In this document: positions 13,201 through 23,274 of the stretch, in pieces | Layout of the letters: every line of letters begins with the position of its first letter | Position numbering within the stretch: the stretch's first letter is position 1 | From: Eutreptiella sp. 'Long Island Sound 2002' | Taxonomy: Eukaryota > Protista > Euglenida | DNA length: 64,000 nt | Direction: 5' to 3' | Assembly (NCBI GenBank): GCA_964036045.1 | Contig: OZ038378.1 | Coordinates: 174,964,001-175,028,000, forward strand | Translations under genes and position numbers: made by a program | The notes under the pieces: generated by a model | What the model saw: the letters and a program-made list of their open reading frames with translations, nothing else | What the model was told of the DNA's origin: nothing | Database searches by the model: none

Positions 13201-15234
13201 TACACGTGCCATATGGTCATAGCCACAAACCTCAGTTTATTGTTTTGTTTTGTTTATTGTTTATTGTTTTGACTTGCTGCACTGCAGCGCAAACCAGCGC
13301 AAACCAGATCAGTGCCGAATGTTGCCTTGAGCTCGCCATGCACCACGGCTATCGAATGTTTCTTGGGCTGTCAGGGGGGGGGGGATCAGGGACCGGGGGG
13401 GGGGGGGGGATGGTACAAATTCAGTGTTTTTTTTTAAAGGGGGGCTGGACCAACGGGGGGGTTTTTGGTAAAGTTGGGGTTTTTTTTGGCAAAAATGGGG
13501 GGGTTTTTGGTGCATTGCACGGTCTTTTTTTCTACACACCAGAAAATGTAGTACCAGCTGCAGCAGCAAGAAGGGGGGGGTGGTGCAGTGGAGTAGTAAT
13601 ATAGGGGCAATGGTGCCAGGGTGGATGCATGAGGGGCCCAAATGTTGCCCTCCAGCACCAGGGGCCAGGGGCAGGGAGTGAGGTAGTTCATTGCTAAACA
13701 AGGAGCGGTTACCGGGGATGGGAGGGGGACTCAGTTCATATCAGCACCGAAACACCCGCCATGGGAGGGGGTGCAGCTTTGGGGGGGGGGGGGGGCTTCT
13801 TACCTTGCAAACAACAGCAAAGGCACAGACACTTACCGAACAACACCCGGCATTGTTTGGGCAAAACCGTTGTTACACACAACCCTACAACGTGTTCACG
13901 GGACAGATCAGGCAGGACCAGGGTATCCCACACCTTAGCCGGACGGCAGCACAAAGAAGACCCATTCCCAGGCAGCAAACCATGCACCAGCAGCAATTGC
14001 ACTGAGCTCTATTGCAATCAAAAAAATGGAACTGCAAAATCCATGGCTCCAAATTTGATGGGAAAAACACCAGGAATTTTCTTGCATGGTGTTGCATGCG
14101 CAGGGGGTAGGGGTTTCAAGGCAGTGCTCAGTGCCACGTTCCAAGCCGTCCCACCCGAACCTGCGCGTGCATGTGTTTTTGTGCCCGTGTGCACCTCATC
14201 ATGCGCATTTCCGCGCCGTGCACAATGTATATGTAGCCGTGCACATGGCTGCAGCTGCTTGCCGTGCGCCTTGCCCATGCAGTGCTGTGCGTGCACACCT
14301 TTGCGCCCGTACGCGTGCGTGTGTGAGGCTAAGCAAGGCTGGATGTGCTCCGCCTTGTGGCTGCACCCTTTTCCCTGGAGCACCCAGCCACAGCCATACC
14401 CACGGACACGGGTGGCGGTTGTGGCCTGCAAAACCCACGGTGTAGTTGCGCCGCTTCCAGCATCAGGCCACAGTTGCTTGCCTACCACACCACTTTACAC
14501 TTAGCGCTTCACCACTTTTAATGCTGCAATCCCAGGGGAAAGGGGGGGGGGATTCCTGAGGCGAGCCAGGACTACAAGGGAGGGGGCACAAAGGCAGCAG
14601 TATCCCGGGTGCATTATCCAGCAGTAGCGTCCACGTTCTGGCAGCAGACAGACCAACATACATTGTCGACGGGGATCCATACAGTGGATACATTTTTGGT
14701 GCTGACGCCTACCTGAGGGTGGGTGGGGTGGGTTCACCTGGAATGAGGGATTCGGTGGATGGCAAACCACTGTACTGGTGCGGGCTGCTCTGCGGGCACG
14801 CATGGGAGTGGAAGCGGGGGGCGAAGGACACACATGAAAGGTATGATTCCGCCTGCACACGGGTGCGATGGTGGTAAAGGCAACCCTTCCCCTTTTCAAG
14901 GGGTGTAACGTCAAGAGGGTCACCTAATGCTCATATGCCCGGATACCAAGACAGGAATGAGAGGCAATGCATGCCACAAAAGAGTGGTGCTGGACGTGGC
15001 AGTAATCCCTGGGAGTCTCAAGGACGTGTGGTGGCAGCACAGGGGGAAGGGGGATCAGCCCTCGGGAGAATCAAGACGTGGTGGAGGCTCAGGGGCGTGG
15101 CGGTGGGGAGGAGTGTGTCCTCCTGGTGGAGGTCCTGGTGGAGGCTCAATCCGAACGCCACGCACTGCACGTTCCATCATCTCTCTACCGTGCACAGACA
15201 CGTGCGGTTGATTCAATATGCACAGCCCCGCTGG

Positions 15235-15345
15235 GATAGAGATACTCGTGGTGGAGCAGACTTTGGGGAGCAAGAAGGGCTGGAAAGCACAGCCGGGCCA
15301 AGACATCCAGCACGAGGACCTCTGATCTACGGTGGCAAGGCGGGC
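15235..15345 (+). pseudogene. Degenerate RNase H fragment of a retroelement
   Basis: ILVVEQTLGSKKGWKAQPGQDIQHEDL*STV resembles LLVVNGALGKAQKWKRHRWVGSNGPVSHVDLWEEV in the RNase H at ~49100-49020. Contains a stop. Confidence 0.35.
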
Positions 15346-16080
15346 CTCTGATGTCGAAGCGCCAACTCGGGAGAATACCTTTGCCCCTTGATCGCGGTGT
15401 GTACTTTGCTCCCTCCAGCGCCCGCAGGGTTCGGCAAGGGGCAGGAAGGCCACACAGGTATGGGGTTGGGGAGGGGGGCCAGAAAGGCAACGGAACAATT
15501 GTGGTGCACGACCAACGCGCAAAATGTCACGTGTGCATCAGGACAATGGCAGTGGTGGCGTGCAGAGCTCCTCTTATGGACTGTAGCCATCCCAATGCCC
15601 CCTGGTTACACCATCAGTTCTTTCCAATGGGTCTTTCTCATTGCGCGTTTTGAGGTGCCTAACATTCTGGTGTTGTTTTTTCTGGTCCCCTCGCCTTGCC
15701 CCACTCTGCATGACAGACCCCAGCATTTTTGCATTACCTGGGCCCACCTGCTTTGCCAACGCCCCCCGAGCCCTTTGCTTTTCGGTTCGGGAGTTACTGT
15801 GTACCCCACACCCCTGAGCCTCGGGAGCAGCTCGCGCAATCCAATCGCAACCCCAACCCTCACCCCGTCTGCGCTGAGCTGGTGACTGGTGACAACAGCA
15901 CCCGCCACTGTCCTTCATGAGAATCCAGTTGACTCCAGATCCCACAGAAAAAAGCTTCGAAGAAAAACGCACACCCCATTACTCCCGCCACATTGTCATC
16001 ATGCCCGATGCTCACTACTGTGGTGGTGCCTCCTGGGAGCCCTGGTGCCCCGTTTGGGCCCACTGCAGGCACTCGGGCAC

Positions 16081-17184
16081 TTAATTCTTCTTGTTTTCTT
16101 GTTTCTTGCTTCCGCCCCATCGTCCCATGTCGATCATCTGGTGGCGGTGTCTCCCGAATGTGACCCCCAGAACGCTCAGCCCAAACAGCGACTTGAAGCC
16201 GAGACCGATGCCTGGGAGCTTGGTGAAACACATGAAACCCCCAAGCCCAAGTGCGAGAAGATTGGAGATGGGCATCGTAACGTAGTACATCCATTTGAGG
16301 GGTTCGGACTCCGGGTACATGGTCCGCAGGTTAAAGAAGATAGACCCCAGCTCTAGGATGAATGTACCCATGATGTACAGCCCGGCACCAGCCGGCGCTG
16401 CCAGCGTGGCGGCGCACGTGCTCATCACGACGACATGGTGGACCCAGAGCAGCATGTTCTCCCATTTGAGGATGTCTCGCGCCTGCGACCTAAAGCACAG
16501 GGGAGTAGGATGCAGCACATGGGGCCATGGAGCACAGTGCATGCAGCACCCAAAATATGGCAGGTACTGGGCACGTGGCCCAGAGCGCATAGCACAGAGC
16601 ACACAGCGGAGAGCATGCGCAGACAACCATGCTTCGTCAAGTAGCGCGAATGGTATGAAGCCCTTGATTGATGCCACTTAGAGATGATAGGTTGTACAGC
16701 AAGTAACTCCAAAGGCGCCCACAAAACATGCAAACACGAAACACAGGTGCAGCCGAACTGGCAGCACAGAGCCAACGCATGCAGCACACGGCATTGCAGC
16801 ATGGGGCATACAGCACATGGCATGCGACGCGAAGCATGGAGCAAATGACATGGCGCAAGACATTGACCGCAGGGCACAGAGCAAAGAGCCAGGGCAATGA
16901 GCACACCCGAACAGCACGTAGATGTACGCCAGCGCAAACGTGGGATCGGGGTAATCGGCCCAGGCCAGTGTCAAGAATTTCGAAGACAGCCCATGGTTCA
17001 TGGCCAGGGCCAGGCCAACAACAGGGGGGAAAACGACCACCTGTAGGCACACACTCAAGTACCAGCGCCAGCGCGGGAAGCCGTGCAGAGGCTCATGGGA
17101 AAGGCACCTGGAGGCTACGGCATTCAGGCCAAACCCGCCGGCGGTGCTCACTGCCAAGCCCAAGAGATGGGATGATGTGAGCAT
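16081..17184 (-). CDS. TLC (TRAM/LAG1/CLN8)-domain multi-pass membrane protein, 228 aa; exons 17184-16907 and 16489-16081
   Basis: A GT-AG intron at 16906-16490 (GG|GTGTGC ... CTTTAG|G) joins YVLFG-SQARDILKWENMLLWVHHVVV...LELGSIFFNLR in frame (687 nt including stop). HH and E-x-S-x-x-F-x-N-x-R motifs and several hydrophobic helices are typical of TLC proteins. A pyrimidine tract plus TTCAG lies just upstream of the ATG. Confidence 0.8.
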
Positions 17185-17316
17185 GGCAAGGACTCAAAGG
17201 TCTGAAGAGGCAGCAAGGGGTGCGAAGGTGGGGTGGGGTGCAAAGGCACCCTCAGGACGAACGCAACTACAACCCTGCCGCTGCCCGTTTGCCTGCCCTT
17301 GCCCTTGCCAAATCTC

Positions 17317-17705
17317 CCCAACTCCATGTTTGTTGTGGACACAATGCAGCGCATTCTGCAGTTTTGCAGTTCCAGAGTTGTGGAACTACCCTGCCCCTCT
17401 GTAGTCTGATGGTCAGGTTGCAGTGTCCGCATTAGGCTCTGGCTGCGCCTGCCCCGCGACTGTCATCGCCTTCTGTCCATGGTGCCATTGTTCGGCGCTT
17501 CCGCTGAGCGTTCGGTGAGCTGGTGCTGGTCCCTTGACCCTGCTTCCGCTATCTACACTGGCGCTTCGGGCTCTATAGGGTTATAGGTACCCTTCCGTGC
17601 TGCATGACACCGTTGAAGCCATGGAGGGGGACGCCGGCGCGGAGTTGTCCAAGCGGGCCCCTTGTGATGAGGTCGAGAAACTTAGATTGCGGGGGGAGGG
17701 GGGTT
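17317..17705 (-). repeat. ~387 bp direct duplicate (R') of the LINE 3' end at 27943-28331 (R)
   Basis: Colinear at a constant offset of 10626 bp, with about nine substitutions by manual count. Includes the last codons of the LINE ORF (SPRNLSFSTSSQGARLDNSA...CSTEGY). Confidence 0.9.
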
Positions 17706-18009
17706 TTGTTTCGACACCCTGCCTGGCATGCACAGCACTGCTACATTCACAGACAATTCTTCGGACAGCCCTGTACTGCTCACCATGCCAGTACCAGACA
17801 GCTGAATGCCCCCGCGCTGGGGCTATGAATAGACACAGGGCCCACGTACCTGGGTGGGTGGGTGGGCTGAAAAACAGTAAACTCTGAACAAGGGTCAAAA
17901 CATAAAGTTCTTGGGAACTTTTGGTTTTGTTTCGACACCCTGCCTGGCATGCACAGCACTGCTACATTCACAGACAATTCTTCAGACAGCCCTGTACTGC
18001 TCACCATGC
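17702..18009 (-). repeat. Split-direct-repeat 3' terminus of YR retrotransposon E1: B1 (18009-17923), A2 (17881-17864), B2 (17788-17702)
   Basis: An 87 bp segment (GGTTTTGTTTCGACACCCTG...CACCATGC) is duplicated with one mismatch. Between the copies lies GGGCTGAAAAACAGTAAA, identical to 27921-27938 upstream of the E1 gag start. Confidence 0.7.
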
Positions 18010-18164
18010 ATATATCACACTGCAGAGCAGTACCTTGGTGGTGTGTGCTAAGCGTGGTCATAACTGAAGGTGCAGAGAGGGCTGTCTGTCATGGAGGTCT
18101 GACTGGAGTGAAAAGAGCACTGTCAAACACCTGTCGTTCTCCCCCCCCCTCCTCCCGGCGCCGG

Positions 18165-18308
18165 CTAGCCTCGCAATGAGGTCTGCCCCATATAAGAGGT
18201 GGGCACATATTTTATAGTGGAGAGTGCAGTTTCAGTGGCCGCGGCCTCTATGACTGCCCGCTGGGCTGATCCCCACTTGAATATACGGGATATTGCATCG
18301 GCAGGGTT
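18165..18308 (-). pseudogene. C-terminal remainder of the E1 RNase H (NPADAISR...)
   Basis: AAC CCT GCC GAT GCA ATA TCC CGT ... reads NPADAISRIFKWGSAQRAVIEAAATETALSTIKYVPTSYMGQTSLRG*. This completes ...LSYVPSRW, which is cut at 23274. Confidence 0.75.
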
Positions 18309-18919
18309 TTACACTAACTCCAACAATCTGCAAACAAGCACGACAGAATCCAGCGCTCTCCGTAAACCAGACGACAGTCAATGCCACTCAGGCATACTCC
18401 TACCCCCAAAGAAATGGATATTTCTTAAGACAGTCACTGTCGTCGTCACAGAACCACCAGCTGTCAATCCTAGCATCCAAACTGGAAAGCACATAGCGGA
18501 AATAACGGACAAAACGTCCCCAGATCACATAAACTAAAGCTACTGTACAGCACGCCACCTCCTGTTGCACCCTTCAGGCCCACTCAACAGCACTAGAGGC
18601 CAGAGGGACCATCTAGGCAGCAAACAGCATTCAAACTGGAAGCACAAAGCAAAAAATGTCCGAGCAGCCTATGACGGCCACGCAGGACAGCCCCAACCTT
18701 CCTGGTCCACCTCGCTGTGGCAGGGTCGCTGCAGGCAGACCCGGCGAATATAAAGTGATTGCCTTATCCGCGATACGGACGTGGTTCGTAAGAACCAGCA
18801 AGTCACCATACATTCGCGGGGCCGGCGCCCACGTCAGCGCACTGCAGCACTGTTGAGGCAGAGCAGCTGGCTGGCGACCAATTCGAAACCGGCGTCCTGG
18901 ACCCCCCCCCCCTCCCCCA

Positions 18920-19381
18920 TCACTTGCCTGCAGGCCAGGGAAAAGGAGCCACCGACCCAAAATAAGGATACGGTCTCTGCAGCTCCTTCCACACCACATA
19001 CCTATCCTCTGCTGCTGTCCTGCATGCCTCTCTGTCAACGAATCGAGGCCTTCGGCTCGGCGGATCCGCCGGATTTTTATCCAACGGGACATAAAAAACA
19101 GCGAACTGCACCCTGCTCCAGCGCCTCCACCAAAAAAGGTGGCGTAAAATACGGTTCTGGACAGGCAAAGACGTCCCACAGCGCAAGCCCAAAAACTGAC
19201 TCCTTGCAACCAAACTGTCCGAGCCCACAGCCATCCACAGCCATTATATCCTGCTATTTTGAATGCTTGCACCAAAGCCAATAATTCTGCCTGCTGAAGC
19301 GAGTCAACCCAAGCAGGGCACTTATAGCACCTGATGCCACTGCCAGGCACAAAAATTCCATAACGGAAGCCTCTGTTGGGC
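18920..19381 (-). pseudogene. RNase H of YR retrotransposon E2, displaced by the inversion; one frameshift near 19240
   Basis: GFRYGIFVPG...VDSLQQAELLALVQAFKIAGY, then AVGSDSLVAR...QNRILRHLFW...FYVPLDKNPADPPSR. These are DIRS-type RNase H motifs. Confidence 0.75.
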
Positions 19382-19789
19382 CCACGCATTATTGGAGGGC
19401 CTCAAAACAGCATGCAGTGCTTCATCTGCGGTGGACCAGGCCAATGGGCCAGAAACTGCCCACACGCGGCCGTCACGGGAACTCTGCACCAGCCGCATGT
19501 CAGGGCCAAGATATCACAGGTGGGCGACCAGACCATCCTCACCAGCAACAAAGGGTGGTCGTTCGACTTGAACGGCCCCCCGCCGTCAAACTGCCGGCGT
19601 TGTGCGAGAATGCACTGGGAAATGTTCCCATGCGGCCAGCAAGGTACGGTGTCTGCACTGCCCCAGACAGACCAGCAGCCTGCCCAGAACGTGCAAATGC
19701 CACGGTCGTCGTCCAGCCAGGAGGATCTGCTCATGAAGGCGGTCGGAGCGCTTTTGCAGGGTGGTGGGGGCATGTCAAACCAGCAATGA
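19379..19789 (+). CDS. E1 gag C-terminal half with zinc knuckles
   Basis: CFICGGPGQWARNC (CCHC-like, H replaced by Q) and PPSNCRRCARMHWEMFPC. The N-terminus is missing here and is found at 27762-27196 on the minus strand. Confidence 0.75.
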   Translation, partial: GPRIIGGPQNSMQCFICGGPGQWARNCPHAAVTGTLHQPHVRAKISQVGDQTILTSNKGWSFDLNGPPPSNCRRCARMHWEMFPCGQQGTVSALPQTDQQPAQNVQMPRSSSSQEDLLMKAVGALLQGGGGMSNQQ

Positions 19790-21988
19790 GACCATGGCAG
19801 GACCGGCGTCTCCGCAGTGGGAAACGAGACGCTGGCCCCGATCACAGTACACATGGGCTGGAGGGCACATGATGCAGCACTACACGCTCTCACACAGGAG
19901 TGGGGCTCAGGAAACCTGGGCACTGCGGTCCGAGCCATCGAGGAAAGCTCCGTGGGAACATACCTCTGCCATGTCAGGATGGCATTACGAGGACGGGACC
20001 CGAATTCCCTATTGGAAGACGCCTTCACGACCAGCCTCCAAGTCCTCGCTCTCCGGAAACGGGGATTCTCAGCAGCCAAAAACCTCCAATCTGGCCTGTG
20101 CTACCTGGAGAGGTTGGGAGCACTACCGACTTTTATCACGGACCGCCACCGCCTTCAAGTCCAGGCCATTGGCAGGATGGCCCGAGGGGAGGAACTCCCC
20201 CGAATCTGGGCAACCATGGACCACTTCACGTCGCTGGGGGAGCACAGGGTTCACTGGGCCTGGGGCCGAGTCTTTTTCGCGGTGGGTATGGCCATCACCA
20301 TGTGCCTCAGGGTCACCGAGGTGGCTACGCTACGATGGGGTTGGCTCCAATACCCTGGATGGTTTGTCTTCTTCGACTACAAGGTCAACAAGACAATGGC
20401 TGCCCAGCCAATCCCACCGTTTTGGGAAACATGGAGGAGGTGGCTTTGGGAAAATCGCCGCGACCACCACCGTGAAGAATCCACCTTCTTGCCAGGAGGA
20501 CCAGACACCCTACGCCAGCTACAACGACAGCTCTTCAAGGGAACGGAATACGATCTCAGCGGCTGGCATCCATGGAAGAGAATGGGCGCCGCCTGTTTCC
20601 GCGCGCTGGGAGGCTCGCTCACAGCACTGGCAATATGGGCAAGATGGTGCACTCCAAGACAAGCGGCGAGGTACGCAGCCCACCCCCCATCATGGCAACT
20701 CCCAACCAGGGTTGTCCTACCTCAAGCCACAGGTCAATCGGGGTTCATCACACGTGACTGCGAGTGGAAGTGGATCAAGGTCAAAGAACTTTGGCATGAG
20801 GACGCCTTCGGATGGGACAAGGGGCGGAAAAAGGGACCAGGAATCCCAGTGGTCCAGAACTTCGCCAGACCCACTACAGTGGAAGAGGTGTTGGACTCCG
20901 ACACCGACGAGGACGGCATGGACGTGGCCGATGACGACACCTGGAGGCAGCCCCCAATCCAACCCACCGGGGCTGCGCCCAACTCAACCACCGCCCACAC
21001 GGAGCTTGGCAGAGACACGAGCACAGTCACGACAGGGACCGACAGGGACCGAAGGGGATGCAGCAAACGGAGCACACCAGCAACGCGAAGGAACCCCGAC
21101 CGCGGTCGAGGGAACACAGGGGCAACCTGCAGAACAGGGACCCCGACCTCCTACCCTGCCACACCCCCCATCACCAACACCCGTACCAGGGGACTCCAGG
21201 ACCGATCCAGCAGTCGACGCCCCCACCCTGTCAGCCATGGCAGACCCCCCAGGGTAGCCCTGCACCGCGGCTGCCGAGGCCCACACATCCATACCGCCGG
21301 CAACATGTACCTACAGAAACCCGGACAGACAGCCCAGCGGAGGAACCGCAAGATGTGGAGGATAAAATGTCCAGCGCTCCAACCGACTCCCAAGGACGCA
21401 AAGCCCTCAGTGGACCCGGATCCCGGACTTCACGGACTTTACCACAATGGTCTACTGATGGCTCTGAAAGGGACTGGTGACACGATACCGCCAGACCAAC
21501 TGTGCTGGGAAAGAGACCTCCATCCCCCTCCAATGAGTCCCTCGACACAAGACGTGGGAAGGCAAGGAAGCAGGACACTGACCCAGGCCCACCCCCTGCT
21601 CTGTTTGCATGGCCTGCTGCAGACGAGGTCCCACACTGGGGGTACTTGGTCTCGGCGCCTCAGAACCAAGGTAGATTCTGCCACTGGAGGCCTGTGCGTG
21701 TGCAACATGCTAGAGATGGAGCAGAATGGGAGCCCAATCGACACGCTGGAGACGATGAAGAACATTGTGAACCAGATGGCACGCAGGAAGAGCTCCCCCT
21801 GGACGATCTTTGGGTTGTTGCGGGACTTGGGGACAATGGTGCTGACCAAGGCAGCAAACCGCCAGCAAGGCCAAGTAGCCGTAACCCGGTTCCACGCCAT
21901 GTGGGCAGGCCTCAAGTTAGGGGACATGAGAGTCTGGGACGTCTGTACCAATCCCACGGGACATGTGGCAAAAGTTTCGGCCCCCTAA
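19790..21988 (+). CDS. E1 tyrosine recombinase ORF with a long low-complexity linker and a pre-RT region
   Basis: Catalytic signature: MCLRVTE (R), WHPWKRMGA (H-x-x-R), WARW (H/W), AARYA (Y). In frame with gag after a single TGA. Confidence 0.85.
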   Translation, partial: DHGRTGVSAVGNETLAPITVHMGWRAHDAALHALTQEWGSGNLGTAVRAIEESSVGTYLCHVRMALRGRDPNSLLEDAFTTSLQVLALRKRGFSAAKNLQSGLCYLERLGALPTFITDRHRLQVQAIGRMARGEELPRIWATMDHFTSLGEHRVHWAWGRVFFAVGMAITMCLRVTEVATLRWGWLQYPGWFVFFDYKVNKTMAAQPIPPFWETWRRWLWENRRDHHREESTFLPGGPDTLRQLQRQLFKGTEYDLSGWHPWKRMGAACFRALGGSLTALAIWARWCTPRQAARYAAHPPSWQLPTRVVLPQATGQSGFITRDCEWKWIKVKELWHEDAFGWDKGRKKGPGIPVVQNFARPTTVEEVLDSDTDEDGMDVADDDTWRQPPIQPTGAAPNSTTAHTELGRDTSTVTTGTDRDRRGCSKRSTPATRRNPDRGRGNTGATCRTGTPTSYPATPPITNTRTRGLQDRSSSRRPHPVSHGRPPRVALHRGCRGPHIHTAGNMYLQKPGQTAQRRNRKMWRIKCPALQPTPKDAKPSVDPDPGLHGLYHNGLLMALKGTGDTIPPDQLCWERDLHPPPMSPSTQDVGRQGSRTLTQAHPLLCLHGLLQTRSHTGGTWSRRLRTKVDSATGGLCVCNMLEMEQNGSPIDTLETMKNIVNQMARRKSSPWTIFGLLRDLGTMVLTKAANRQQGQVAVTRFHAMWAGLKLGDMRVWDVCTNPTGHVAKVSAP

Positions 21989-23274
21989 CTGGCTGGAAGC
22001 CCACTCGGAGGCGCCAGCACAACCACATGGCGCCGACCGCAAGCTGGAGGCCATGGCGACAAGGCTGGTGGAAGATGGCCTACTCCACGAGGTACTGGAT
22101 GGCAGGGCGCCAAATGCGCGAGCATTCACCAAGGCCAAGTCCCGGGAGAAAGGGTCCCTCATCATCAACATGACCATAGTCAATGAACGATGCACCAGGC
22201 TCCAACGCAGGCTACGGCTCCCCACCATGGAGTCGCTGGCGACATACTTGAGATCCGCAGCGACCGCGGGCAGGACCACGTACTTCTCTAAGTTAGATGT
22301 CAGCAACATGTTCTGGAGTTGCAGGCTGCCGCAGTCGGAGGCCGGCAACGTACGGTTTGGGGTCAGGGGCAAAGTTCTGGGCTTCCACAGCCTCCCGTTT
22401 GGATGGAACTACAGCCCTATCATGGCCACAGAGCTCCTGTCCAAGTCGTTGGACAAGCTGGGGGAGGTACCGGTGGAGGTGATAGTATATTTCGACGACA
22501 TCCTCATTGCGGGCGACAGCCCGGAGTGGTGGAACAGGTCACTCACAAGCTCGGGAGCATCCTTATGGCGGACGGATGGCGGATCAGTGCAAAGTCACTC
22601 ACGACGGCGGACACACACATCCAATGGATGGGGAAGGACCTCGATGGCCAGAGCTGGACTGTCACATCTTCAGCCGAATACACAGAAGGCATGGTGGCTC
22701 TCTGGATCTCCCTGGCGACATGCGGCTATAACCAAAAGCACCTCAGACGGCTACTGGGCAAGATGGCGTGGGCTGACAGGCCAGGCCGTGAAGCAATGAC
22801 GCACACAAGTGGTCCAATGGCGTGGCTGATGTTGGGGCCGGTCCAGACGACGTATACACCACCGGCAGTGCTGAAGGCATTTTGGGAGGCCACCCTCACC
22901 CCGTGGCAAGCGTAGCAGTACCACGACCCAGGGCCCGTTGACTGGTACGTGGACGCAGCACAATTCGGCAGGACCTATGTGGCAGGACTTTGGGGACGCG
23001 GCACTAGCGCACAATTGTGGGAATGCTCGTCAGGGGTGCGGAACCAGCAGGCAGCAGAACTCGATGGCGTCAAACGGGCAGTCAAATTGGCGGCATACAC
23101 TGGACGCAGGCACCTCCATTTGGGTGTGGACAACTTGGCGGCCGTATGGAGCGTCCTCCGTCGACGCACAAGGATCCACCACCGCGACAGGGCACGATGC
23201 CTCAGGCGTATCCAAAACACCATGCGCTGGAGCGGATTAACGCTGTCACTAAGTTACGTGCCTTCCCGTTGGAA
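21963..23274 (+). pseudogene. E1 reverse transcriptase and RNase H (frameshift ~22525, stop at 22913, truncated at 23274 by E2)
   Basis: FSKLDVSNMFW, LPFGWNYSP, YFDDILI, QWMGK, LRRLLGKMAW. RNase H motifs WYVDAA, QQAAELDG, GVDNLAAV, SYVPS. Confidence 0.9.

Noticed and set aside
19761-21257. 498 aa alternative-frame ORF overlapping the recombinase
   Set aside because: No motifs. It is likely a GC-rich shadow frame of the YR ORF.
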